This document shows, in pieces, positions 1 through 11,191 of a stretch of 64,000 bases of DNA; position 1 is the stretch's first letter, and every line of letters begins with the position of its first letter. The notes beneath the pieces are model-generated. The model was not told where the DNA came from, made no database searches, and saw only the letters and a program-made list of their open reading frames with translations. Both the position numbers and the translations under genes were made by a program. The DNA is from Callorhinchus milii (lineage: Eukaryota), in assembly GCF_018977255.1 (NCBI RefSeq), contig NW_024705144.1, positions 1 to 64,000 on the forward strand. Direction: 5' to 3'.

Positions 1-930
1 CCTAAAGTGTGTGGCCCAGAATTGGACACAATACTACAGCTGAGGCCTAAACCGTGACTTAAACCTTCACCAGAACTTCCTTGCCTTTGACCTCAGTGCC
101 TCTATTGATCAAGCCAAGTATCCCATATGCTTTTTATTTAGCAGCTATAGCAACCTGTCCTGCCACCTTCAAACAACTGTGAATGTGAACCACTCATATT
201 AATTGACATTGGTGGCTTTCTTCCCTGAAGTACAAAGAGGAGCCATATCAAGGTCCCCTTCACTGTGTCGCCCACATTTGGTGCACTCTGGGAAGACACA
301 GGGCAAAGGAAATCCAGAATATGAATTGGGTTTACTGTTGAGATCAACAGGGAAATTGTACAGCTGCCATTGAAACACTGTTGGTCAAGCCTCCCAATGC
401 TTGGCCAACTTCTCGCTTCATGTACTGCTTAGACCATCCTGAGCACATATGGGCTTCGGTTTCCATGATTAACAGAAGCTGATTGGGAATAATCGTTGCT
501 CCCAAAGGATAGAACTCGACTGTCCAGAGCCTTGGGATGACCTCTTCACTTGAAATACAATCTGCTGTTGTTGCGAGAAGCGAGACAGTAGCTCTTTGTA
601 TCTCGGCTTCTTTGCCCGTCTACTACTATTATTGACAACAATATTTCCTGCATTTGATAACAGTTCCTGATCACATCGAGGCACTGAAAACGCTTCACAG
701 AATACAACGTAAACTTTAAACTGACTATATTTCCTGACGCAACACGGCAGCCAATTGTGTGCAGCAGTGACTGCAAACTGTCGTGCATTGAGTTACTAAT
801 ATTTCGAAAAATTTTGTAGGGATTATTACCCCCGGAAAAGCCATCCACCAATCGACTAACAACCTGGTTCCTACTCACTGCTGGTAAACAGAGGCGTGTG
901 TGTGGAGTAAGTATGTGGAGCTCCGCGACC

Positions 931-1352
931 CTCGCACCCTCACCCGACTCCACCGTCCCCCCATCCCCCAGAGGATCGAGTTCAAGGTCCTCGTCCTCAC
1001 CTTGAAGGCCATCCATGGCCTCGTCCCCTCCTACCTCTCTGACCTGCTGACTCCCTACCAACCTGCCCGTTCCCTCCGTTCATCAGGCTCCGGCTGCTCC
1101 ACGTCTCCCGCCCGACCCTCTCTACCATCGGAGTCCGAGCTTTCAGCCTCTCTGCCCCCACACTCTGGAACTCCATCCCACGGTCCCTTCTCCTCACTTC
1201 CTCCCTCAACTCAATCAAGGCCATTTCAAGGCTTTTCTCTTCGACTGTTCCTTCTGTCTCCCTCCCACCTCTCTGCCTCCACCCGGCTCAGGCCCTGACA
1301 CCTGACTGTTCAGCGCTTGGGACATCCTCCCGACGTGAAAGGCGCGCTATAC
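931..1352 (+). mobile_element. L2 LINE 3' fragment
   Basis: LHRPPIPQRIEFKVLVLTLKAIHGL (L2 ORF2 C-terminus) and the GGGACATCCTCCCGACGTGAAAGGCG tail. Confidence 0.8.
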
Positions 1353-1764
1353 ATGTCATTTTGTTAGTGTTGTTCTTGCTATTGTAAGGAATGTTGCCCA
1401 ATATTTCGCTATGTCCCTCCTGCCGCTGCCCCAAGAGGACAGTTCCCTGGGGAGGGATGGAGTGAGGGGGGGAGTGCTGGAAGGGAAGGGGAGAGCGAGG
1501 GAGGGCAAGGGAGAGGGGGGGAGGGAGAGACAGGGGTGGGGAGAAAGAGGAGGGAGGAAATAGGGAGAGGGAGATAGCCAGAAGGCGATAGAGGGAGAAA
1601 GAGGGAGGGGAGAGGGGTGGAGGAAAGTGAGGGGGAGGAGGGAGAGAGAGAGAGAGAGAGAGAAGTGAAGGCATAGAGAGAGAGAGATAGTGGGAGAGAA
1701 GTTGAGAGGAAGGGGGGAGGGAGGAGAGAGTGAGTGTGGGAGAGGCTGAGGGGAAGGGGGGAGA

Positions 1765-2181
1765 TCCTCACCCTCACCTACAAGGCCATTCACGGCCTAG
1801 CTCCCTCCTACCTCTCCCCCTACCTACCTGCCCGTAACCTCCGTTCCTCTGGCTCTGGTCTGCTCCACATCCCCCGCCCCAACCGCCCGACCATCGGTGG
1901 TCGGGCCTTCACCCTCTCAGCACCGAGGCTCTGGAACTCTATTCCCCAGTGCCTTCGCCGCTTCCTCCCTTTCCTCCTTCAAGGCCAGTCTCAAGACCTT
2001 TCTCTTTGACGGTGCCTTCAGCTCTCTTCTCGACTCTCTACCCCCTCCTCGCTCACTCCTTTCCCTCCCCTCACTCTGACCATTTCCCCCACTGCTCGGG
2101 TCCTGACCCAACTGTACAGCGCCTTGGGACGTCCTCCCGACGTGAAAGGCGTTCTATAAATGGAATGTTGTTGTTGTTGTT
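1765..2181 (+). mobile_element. L2 LINE 3' fragment absent from duplication copy B
   Basis: ILTLTYKAIHGLAPSYLS, (TTG)n tail, GAGA on both flanks; empty site at 31277-31280. Confidence 0.85.
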
Positions 2182-2199
2182 GAGAGTGAGAGGAGAGAG

Positions 2200-2700
2200 A
2201 GAGAGGAGGCGGTGCGGCTCAGTGACGGTCAATGCCATTTAATAATATACAATAACACACAGTGTGTAGAATAGCGCAGATCACAGTAACTCATCACCAG
2301 TTATGGGGTCGGAGTGAAGGCGGACGTCGTCCCGTCGACACAATGGGCGGGAAAGTGCTGCGCGCGCGGAGCGGAGACCAGCGGTCACCTCCCGAGACAG
2401 GAGCAGCGCGAGGGGCGGCGAGAGGTGCGCGTGCGCGAGGGGCGAGGGGGGTGGGGGTGGGGCGGCACAAACCAACCAATGGCGAGGCGGGGGCGGGGCG
2501 GGAGGCGCGCGGGGAAAGTGACGGTTGGAGAAAGGGGGAAGTGCGCAGGCGCGCGGGCGGGAGCTCGAGCGGGACCAGGGGTGAGGAGCCAGTGCGCATG
2601 CGTGGCGGCAGCCGGACCCACCAAGGCTATAAAAGCGGGAGACGCGGAACGTCAGTCAGTGATGGTCAGCGCGAGAGGAGTGGTCAGTGATGGTCAGTGA
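2200..2700 (+). promoter_or_regulatory. CpG-rich Pol II promoter-like element
   Basis: CCAAT at 2476-2480, GC boxes at about 2488-2500, TGCGCATGCG at 2593-2602, TATAAAA at 2628-2634 and Inr-like TCAGT at 2652-2660. Confidence 0.55.
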
Positions 2701-3074
2701 CACTGTACCGCCACACACACTGAATAGCAATAGTGAGGCTGTCATTTACACACTCACACACAGTAATAGTGAGGGGCACAACAACAGAGAGAGAGAGAGA
2801 GCGGGTAAAGCTCAGCAGGTCAGGCAGCGGCTATGGAGAAAGGAAAGGGAGTCCGCGTTTGGGGTCCACGACCCTTCGTCAGAACTGGGCCATGTTGGGA
2901 GGGAGAGGCTCTGAAGGACAAGTTGAGAGGGGGCGGCAGGACAAGGAGCACAGAGAAGACAAGAAAGAAGGCAAAGGAGAGGATGTGTTAGTTGATGGTT
3001 AAAGAGGTGATAATGGCGTAAAATGGGGGCGGTGGGTTCAAACAAAACCGGGGAGAAAAGCCGCTCCACCCTGA

Positions 3075-3250
3075 AACCCTCCAATTGACTTGTTGTCTTT
3101 GACGGTGTGACAAGTGAGATTGATAAGGGCAACGCTGGGGATGGTGTATATCTGGATTTCAGTGAAGCCTTTGATACTGTTCCACGTGAGAGGCGGTACT
3201 GAAAGTAAAGAAAGTGGGAATCAGTTTAAGTATATTGGAATGGACACATG
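3075..3250 (+). mobile_element. CR1 LINE RT fragment (continues at about 3935-4090)
   Basis: VYLDFSEAFDTVPRER and GPLLFNVCINDM...AKF(A)DDTK. Confidence 0.7.
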
Positions 3251-3282
3251 ACTGGTGATAGCAAGAACCTCGAGGGCTGTGG

Positions 3283-3905
3283 TACAACAACAACAACAAG
3301 ATTCCATTTATTAAGCACCTTTCACGTCAGGAGGACGTCCCAAGGCGCTGCACAGTTGGGCCAGGACCCGAGCAGTGGGGGAAATGGTCAGGGTGAGGGG
3401 AGGGAAGAGAGTGAGCGAGGAGGGGGAAGAGGAGCTGAAGGCTCGGTAAAAGAGAAAGGTTTTGAGACCGGCCTTGAAGGAGGCGATGGAGGAAGCGGCG
3501 AAGGCACTGGGGGATGGAGTTCCAGAGCCTGGGGGCTGAGAGGCTGAAGGCCCAACCACCGATGGTAGGGCGATTGGGGCGGGGGATGTGGAGCAGACCA
3601 GAGCCGGAGGAACGGAGGGCACGGGCAGGTAGGTAGTGGTATAGTAGGTCAGAGAGGTAGGAGGGAGCGAGGCCGTGGATGGCCTTATAGGTGAGGATCT
3701 TGAAATCAATCCTCTGGGGGATGGGGAGCAGTGGAGGCGAGCGAGGGTGGGAGTGATGTGGTCGCGGTGTCTGGTGCGGGACAGTACACGAGCTGCAGAG
3801 TTCTGAATGACCTGCAGTGTGGAGGGAGGTGGCGGGAAGGCCGGCGAGGAGAGAGTTCCCGTAGTCCAGCCTTGAGGTGACGAAGGCGTGGACCAGGGTT
3901 TCAGC
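3283..3905 (-). mobile_element. L2 LINE 3' fragment
   Basis: LQVIQNSAARVLSRTRHRDHITPTLARLH, with the L2 tail. Confidence 0.85.
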
Positions 3906-6900
3906 AGCACAGAGTATGTCGTACAGAGTATGTCGTCAAGGATTTTTTGTGGGACCTCTTTTGTTTAATGTTTGTATAAATGATATGGAACCGGGAGTCA
4001 CAAGCACAGTGGCAAAATTCTGCAGACGACACCAAAGTAATGAAGGTGGTGGATTGCGAAGCTGAACAGGAGAGATTACAGTCTGACATGACATATGAAG
4101 TCAGCATTGATAAAATTAATTGTTTCTTCTCAATCAAAATTATTACGAATCGGCAAAGGACGAGAGAATGGGAGAGAGCGGCAAACGCAGGAAAAGCAAA
4201 GGCTCAGCAGCTGATTGGAAAACAATCAGATTTTATGTCAGAGAATATTTACACATCTTATTTTATACATTCAACCAGTGACAGAGGGCGGGAGCGCAGG
4301 TTTCGTCAATTCAACAAAGGTAAAGCTGTGAGATCGCGTAATAATTGATGAGTAAATGTTTTGCTTCATTCTTCATTGTGAAACGTTTAAAATAGACGCG
4401 AACGGTTTTTTCAAAGGAAGAGGGAAGACCCCAATTTAATGATATCGTAGAACCATAGAAACTGACAGCACAGAAAGAGGCCATTCAGCCCATCGAGCCT
4501 GTACCGGCTCTGTGAAGGAGCAATTCAACTGCTCACACTGTCAGGCTCTGTCCCCATAGCTGTGCAGATTCTCCCTTTTCATGTCTGTATATCCAATTCC
4601 CTTTTGACAGCACAGCACAGCTCATCGGCAGCACCTGGAAGGGCCGACCAGTCACTGGGGGAATGGAGTCATCTCATTGAGCACCTGTTTGACTACGCCA
4701 ACTGCCGGCTCACTGGACTTCCCAACTCTTTCTTCCACAAGAGGCAGATTATCCGGAATACTGCAACTTGTTCTCTCGCGCTCCAGGCTCCGGGAACTTA
4801 TCACACCCATTCTTGCCCGGATTCACTGGATCCCCGTTCTTGGACAACTGAGTACAAAACCCAAGTTCTCACCTTCAAGGTTGTCCCCGGTCTTGCTCCC
4901 CCCCCACCTCTCCAACATCATAACCCATATCAAGCTGTAGTTCCCTCCGCTCGGCGGACACCAGTTTGCTTCAGGTCCCCCCTTATTCCTGCTTCACCAT
5001 TGGTGACTGGGCATTCAGCATCTCTGCCCCACAGTCTGGAACTCTATCCCGCATACCCTCAAACACCCCCCCTCTTTTGCCTCCTTCAAGACACATCTGA
5101 AAATCTTCCTCTTCGATCATTCCTTTGACCACTCTTCCAAGGTCACACCCACTGCCATCCATCCCTTTTGAACCCAATTCCCAACTCGAGTCCAAAACCC
5201 CTGATTATCCAGCGCCCGGACATCTTTCCAACAAGAAGACAGAGATGGTTTCTGCTCCAGCCTGCTAAAAGGGGTGAAATTGTCGTGACTGTAATTAACA
5301 AGCCTAATAATAATAATCCCTCCAAAACAATAATAAATTGGTAATTTTCAATCCATGACTGTTTGTGGGACACTGCGGTGCGCAATTGGCTGCCCCGTTT
5401 CGCCCACGAATATAATAATACATATAGTCAATTCACTTTGCAGCATATTCTACTGAGCGCTTTGAGACGTACAGAAGACGTGAAAAGCGCTATATCAAAT
5501 GCAAAGATTATAATTATATTATTATTGTATTATTACCAGTAGATTCAGGAATTACACCAGTAGATTTCATGACACAAATGTAAATCCATTCATTTTCTTC
5601 TATCTTTATTATAATAATTAAACGATAATGTCTGTCTTCGCTACAAGAAGGATCCTTATAACTGACAGATGTAGATACATGATTTATACTGTGCCAGAAA
5701 GTTATTGCCGCTGGGAGTGACATGGGCAAATTTATTTTGGTGTATCTCGTATCATTCATCAGTTATTTACACTTTTGTGTGATTGCTGTAGTTACACCTC
5801 TTGGCCACCGAGTCAAAGTGGCGCAATGGGATCGTACATAACGGACACACTGCAGTTACACCTTTTGGCCACGCCGTGGCGCTGTGGCATTCTTAGCACA
5901 GGCAAGTGGCAGGAACAAATTAAAGAACACAGATGAAGCTAAGCCGCGGCAACAGCAACAAAATTACATTTTTATAACACCGAGTCCTCCCAAATGGTGT
6001 CCTCCCACAGGAGTCCTTCCCCATAAAGTAATAAAGATGAAATGTCTGTCTGTGGGTGAATCTACATTCCATATTGGATCCTTTGGTTGCAAGTGAAGCT
6101 GCAACGGGTACAGCTCGTTATTCAATGAAGTAGAAAACAAACCACTAAAGGCCTGTGAGTTCCAAAGAGTTTAATGGTAATGGTGGGGCAGATAGAGCAG
6201 TGGGATATGAAACAGGCGATTGTCACTGAGCAAAGGGAGCAGCCGGTCACTGGATGAAGGAAATCGCAGAGCCAGGTGAGGAAAGTGCTTGAAAGAAGTT
6301 ACTTAATGGGGACTTTACTGCATTTCAAAGTGAAGTACCCGAAGTATTTAAAAACGTTCACCAGACGTGAAAGAAACTGCCAAATAGAACGAGTTTTATG
6401 TATTAATATGACTCTATATTCTGCCATCTCTGATTTACCAATCACAGCCACTTGAGGTGACCCAACAGCTGCTGTTGGTGTGAAGGGGAATAATGTATGA
6501 AAGGTCCGGCTGTGGGCCCCACGGTGTGAGAGCAGGAAGCTGCTCACTGACTGACTGCACACAATCACAGCTGCTTCCTGACAGTTGTGCTCTGAGTTTC
6601 TGCCCCACCTGAAGGCGGTGTGAATCATTCTGTGTGAAGCGTCTTTCAAGCAAGAAGACTTTAGATATAAAAAGCAGTAACTTGTTTAGCATTTTGCTCA
6701 TGAGCTGTTCTGCAACATGAACTATTCCATCACATCCACAATCATTTCCTGTAAACTTGAAGTCTTGAATAGCAAATAACAAAAATAAACCCCAAACAAT
6801 ATAGAAATATAAAGACAGAGAACTCTCTATCATTTCTATTGTTTGCTGAGTAAAGTCAGCGCCTCTTAATTACTGTGTATGTAAGAATACGACAAACAGT

Positions 6901-9221
6901 GCAGAAAATGTGTTGACAAAGGCAACCGGGCAATAAGCAGTGATATCACAAGCTGAGTGTAAGAGGCACTGCATATTATTCTCTGGGTGATTAGGCTGTA
7001 TATCTGTGCCACATTACACCAGCGATGCACTGCACAATATTAACTCCACTGTTCAGGTACTCCAACACTTTTTTTCACATTGAGACTGTGTGAACATGAG
7101 GAATGAACAGCCTAATGAGGCCATAGAAACAGATATTTGGGCCGTTGGGAAGAGGGAAGAACTGATATTTAATAAGTCAGGACATGAAGGTACATGGAGA
7201 CAAAGCTGAGAAATGGACTGAGAGAGAATTGCCACAGAAGCCATTGCGGCTCCAGCGGCCTTGGCCTTTCCCTAAATGTAACAGGAAACACTATTATATA
7301 CTGAGTATACTGATTACCTTATTTGGCCGTTTTCAAAATATGTCAAATATGGCACTTCTTCCCTACACATCACCGAGAGACTGATCACCAAGATTGTCCT
7401 CAAATTCAGCAAATAAACACCTTGTTCTTTTCATGAAAATGTGTCTGGAATAACAATCATTGATAAATTGATTTTAAAAAGATAACTTTATTATATTTTA
7501 CTTCACATTCTATCAAAGCCAAAGTATTTTGTGAAGTGGCCACAAACGGAGCTGTTCTGTGTTCTGCTGTTTTTCAGCCGTTACAATGATTATTTCCCGA
7601 TGTTTGAGATTTATGTTGTGCTCTGACAGGTTTGCTGTAAGATCGCAGCACTTGTAGACCTTGTACAGGTTCCAGATCCAGTGCCCAAAGGAGAATTCAG
7701 GAATCAGTGGCTCCTCACGTCTCACTGCAGCCGATTGTTTCAGTTCAGGATTTCAATGTCAAACAGAAGCTTTTCACTGGGAATTATCTGTTGGTTTCTG
7801 ATTGTATTGATCAGAATATCGGAGTCAGTGAATGTTATACCCTACAGCCTGTGCGCTTTGATCAGATCTAATGCTGGGACTTTCCTACTGATCAACGTTA
7901 CTTGTGTGACTGTGCAATGGGCCACAGAGAATTACACACCAGAAAGGTGCAAACTCCTCAAACAACAAAGCACAAACACAGAGATTTACTCCCAGACCAG
8001 GTGGTGTGTTCATGTTGGGACTCTGAGATCACAACGCTGACTGATATTCCCAGACATTAATCCAAGTCCACTCTCCCGGGTCAGGCGGCTTGGAATATCC
8101 TATGACAGTAATTGTATAAGGTAAAAGATGTTTAGTTGTTTTACCAGCAATAATCCCGGAGATAATTGGAGCATCAGCAGAGTCCGGGAGCACAACACAC
8201 GGTGTCTGATGAGAATCCCTGTTACACTCTCCCTCGCAGTTACTGAAAGCTGCCGCGATACTGGAGCTGTGGCAAAGTGGCACTGAAACCATTTCTGATC
8301 GAAGCTTCATTTTATTTCTTTCCAGTTTTCTTCACCTCTTGTCCTGAAAGAGTGTGATTGCTCTGACATTACACTGGGCTCCCATTCCACCAGCAGCACT
8401 CGCTCTCTGGCTTCTCACCGTAAGAGGACATTTCATGCCTGGTTTGAAATCATGAGCCATATATTCTGTGAAACGCTTTGAGACGTCTTGAAGATGTGAA
8501 CAGGTGCTCTATCAAATACAAGGATTATTACTATTATTATGTCTTGATGCCCACGTGGGACATGGAATCAGGATTGGAAGACAAGAATCGGGACAATTAT
8601 TTACATTAGATCAGAACATTGCAAAACCATAGAAAATAATGAATGTTTTAACTAAGGCACAATATTATTTTTTGGCCACAAAATACACGGTTACTACACA
8701 TTATAATGCATTCCGTAAAGTGGCTTGAGATGTTTCAATGACATGATAAGATGATATGTCAAATGCAAGGATTATTAGAATAATACTTATAATTATACGA
8801 AAGTAAGAAAATCAGAATTGCAGGACGAAAAGAAACCAAGGTCCATCTGGTTTGCCTTCCACCACCCTGGCAGTCGCAGGCTCATGTCATGTCCTAAACA
8901 ATATATTGTATCGCACAATATTATTTCCAAAAAGTAACATAACTTATTTATTTTTTTACAAGAATCAACATTTTCAGCTTCATCATCTCCCCCCTTTACA
9001 GTCGCTCACTGAAATAAGTGTGAACCAGATTTGTATTGAATTTCCCGCCTCCTCCACACACACTGCAAACACACACACACTCAGAAACATTGAAGGAAGG
9101 AATTTGCGATGCTTCAGGGTCAGCGCGAGGGCTAATACTATTGAGACTTATATTAATATTAATTTGCTGTAAAGGCAGAATGTAAAGGTACAGTTATTGC
9201 TGTGTGCAGGTCAGAGGGAAT

Positions 9222-9296
9222 GTGACACGTGACTCCCCTCAGTCCTGCAGCTATTGGTGGGTTCTCCACCCCCTGCCCCACTGCCCCGTTATATAG
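9222..9296 (+). promoter_or_regulatory. VH promoter region (E-box, inverted CCAAT, TATA-like; no octamer seen)
   Basis: CACGTGAC at 9226-9233, ATTGG at 9253-9257 and TATATA at 9290-9295, about 90 bp upstream of the leader ATG. No ATGCAAAT seen, as expected for cartilaginous-fish VH promoters. Confidence 0.55.
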
Positions 9297-9386
9297 CGGT
9301 CACTGGGGACTGAGGCCATCTGTCCGGCAGCTCTTTGGCCCTCGGTTATTCGGCTCCAGTCTCAGTTCTGACAAGTGCCCAGAAAC

Positions 9387-9432
9387 ATGAGGTCCCTGAT
9401 TTCTCTCAGTCTGCTGCTGGCTGTCTTCTCCC
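9387..9432 (+). CDS. IGHV: IgH V leader exon (MRSLISLSLLLAVFS)
   Basis: ATG at 9387, 15 hydrophobic codons plus 1 nt, then donor GTGAGT at 9433. Phase 1 matches the V exon. Confidence 0.93.
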
Positions 9433-9548
9433 GTGAGTGCTATTATTCTGACAGTCTCACTCTTCCTGTGTCGGTCTTATTCTCTCTGCAATGTCACAGA
9501 GACGGGAGGTTTCACAGTCATTAATCTTCGGTCATTTATTCTTTACAG

Positions 9549-9854
9549 GTGTCCAGGCCGAGGTGGTGCTGACACAGCCGCCGTCTCTAACCGGGAAACC
9601 TGGCCATCCCCTGAGACTGACCTGTAAAACCAGTGGGTTTAATCTCGGCAGCTACTGGATGAGCTGGGTCCGGCAGGTTCCCGGGAAGGGGCGGGAATGG
9701 CTCCTCAGTTATTACAGCTCATCCTACAAAGCTTTCGCGCCTGGGATTGAAGACCGTGTCACTGTCATCAAAGAGAATTCCAATAACATCTTCGATTTGA
9801 TCATCAAAAGCCCGAGAGTGGACGACACCGCCATCTATTACTGTGCGAGAGGGT
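9549..9854 (+). CDS. IGHV: IgH VH exon, open and unrearranged
   Basis: Acceptor tttacAG at 9547-9548. Translates as (R)[55 protein letters not shown]...[10 protein letters not shown] with both Cys, the FR2 Trp and YYC. Confidence 0.97.
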
Positions 9855-9893
9855 CACAGTGAGAGGAAACGGGGCTGAACTCCTACAAATACA
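9855..9893 (+). other. VH 23-bp-spacer RSS
   Basis: CACAGTG at 9855-9861, 23-bp spacer, ACAAATACA at 9885-9893. Confidence 0.93.
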
Positions 9894-10306
9894 CAAGGGG
9901 AGGAAAGGCGGCCCCTCCCACCCTAAACTGCCTGACAGTCATGGTGTCAATGCTGTGTCTGGAGCGAAGATTAAAGGAAAAGCTTCAAATGGATTTCTTC
10001 TCATGTTAAACCTACACAGTGAGTCGTGGTTTGATGGGGCGAATGATCTGCTTATTGGTGCTGTAATATTCTGGGATTTCAGTTGGTAAGTGACACTGTG
10101 CTGTTTGAGGCGGGAAGGACTGCGATTGGAGACTGGCGATGTGACGGTTCACAGATATCCTCTTGTTACAAACTGAGCTGTTGGAGAGATTTGTTTTCTG
10201 TTTCTGTGGCTATGAAGAAAGTATTAGATAGACTCGATGTCATGTCACAGGGGAATAGGCCATTTCAGTGAATTTTGGCAGCCAGTGTTGAGCAGACATT
10301 GAGGGC

Positions 10307-10384
10307 AGTATTTGTATGGGACTGTGTCACTGTGTATACAGAGGATCACTATGCTGCACACAGCCATCTCCTCATACAAAAACC
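10307..10384 (+). other. IGHD: D1 segment (TATACAGAGGAT, 10335-10346) with 12-RSS and 22-RSS
   Basis: 5' side: AGTATTTGT, 12 bp, CACTGTG (10328-10334). 3' side: CACTATG (10347-10353), 22 bp, ACAAAAACC (10376-10384). This is the D1 signal layout of shark IgM clusters. Confidence 0.9.
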
Positions 10385-10697
10385 CCAGCCAGAGAGGCTG
10401 CTCACCCCTGTCATCACTGAAACATCCACAGCCTCCAAATAAATGTTACAGAGAGTGGATCCTTCTCATAAATGACCTGGTATTTAACAGATGAATTCAG
10501 AATGATTTAGATTACAGGACGGCATTAAACAAGACTGACGTCTGTGGAGCTGCTTTAACATTAATCCAAAGTCTCTAATAAACATAAGGATTTATTCTGA
10601 CTGAAACATCACATGAAGCCTCACTGGTGAATCTGAGCTGAGGTCCAGTCAGTGTCTGATATTCCAGTCAATATTTTATCAGTTTATCCTGTGCAGG

Positions 10698-10769
10698 AGT
10701 TTGTGTCACAGTGAGTATCACAGTGAGTATAATACCTGGGCCACAGCATTAACTGTCAATACAAAAACC
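10698..10769 (+). other. IGHD: D2 segment (AGTATAATACCTGGGC, 10726-10741) with 12/12 RSS
   Basis: 5' side: AGTTTGTGT, 12 bp, CACAGTG (10719-10725). 3' side: CACAGCA (10742-10748), 12 bp, ACAAAAACC (10761-10769). Confidence 0.88.
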
Positions 10770-11104
10770 CTTCAACACCAAACCAGCTCATGTCTCTCAC
10801 TGTTCGTTTGTGTGGCCACTTAATGTGCAGGGATTTGGTATGTTTAAAATGCCGCCTTCCACTGAGGATTTTACCAGATTTTAATCGACATAAAACATAA
10901 CATTTCATCTTCAATCTGTTGGTGACAAGAAAAGGTGTTTGACATGAACACAGCAAACTGGCAAAGACACAAACATTTAACAGGTCAACACAGAGCCGGG
11001 CAATAGTGTTCAGAACATTACAGAAATATATCGTGACCTGCATTTGGTTTGGGGGAGTCAACATTTACAATAATATTGTGTTGGTGTGTCCTGCCCGCAC
11101 AGCA

Positions 11105-11191
11105 GGTTGTTGCAGTGGGCAGCCCACTGACTGGAGCACAGTGACTACCTCGACTACTGGGGACAAGGCACCATGATGACGGTGACTAATG
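11105..11191 (+). CDS. IGHJ: JH segment (coding 11144-11191, YLDYWGQGTMMTVTN) with 23-RSS
   Basis: GGTTGTTGC, 23 bp, CACAGTG (11137-11143). WGQG motif and donor GTAAG at 11192 (phase 1). Confidence 0.95.

Larger units (their letters stand above)
1..2913 (+). repeat. Segmental duplication, copy A
   Basis: 1-912 aligns with 29681-30514 and 2182-2913 with 31277-32015, including shared repeat/unique junctions. Confidence 0.85.

Noticed and set aside
8326-8419. Exon-like segment (tttccAG...C|GTAAGA) upstream of VH
   Set aside because: No recognisable product; the phase-1 frame has a stop and there is no partner exon.
10015-10176. Extra heptamers between VH and D1 (CACAGTG 10015, CACTGTG 10094, CACAGAT 10150) as a third D
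   Set aside because: Nonamers match at most 5/9, one spacer is 11 bp and the implied D would be 49 nt.
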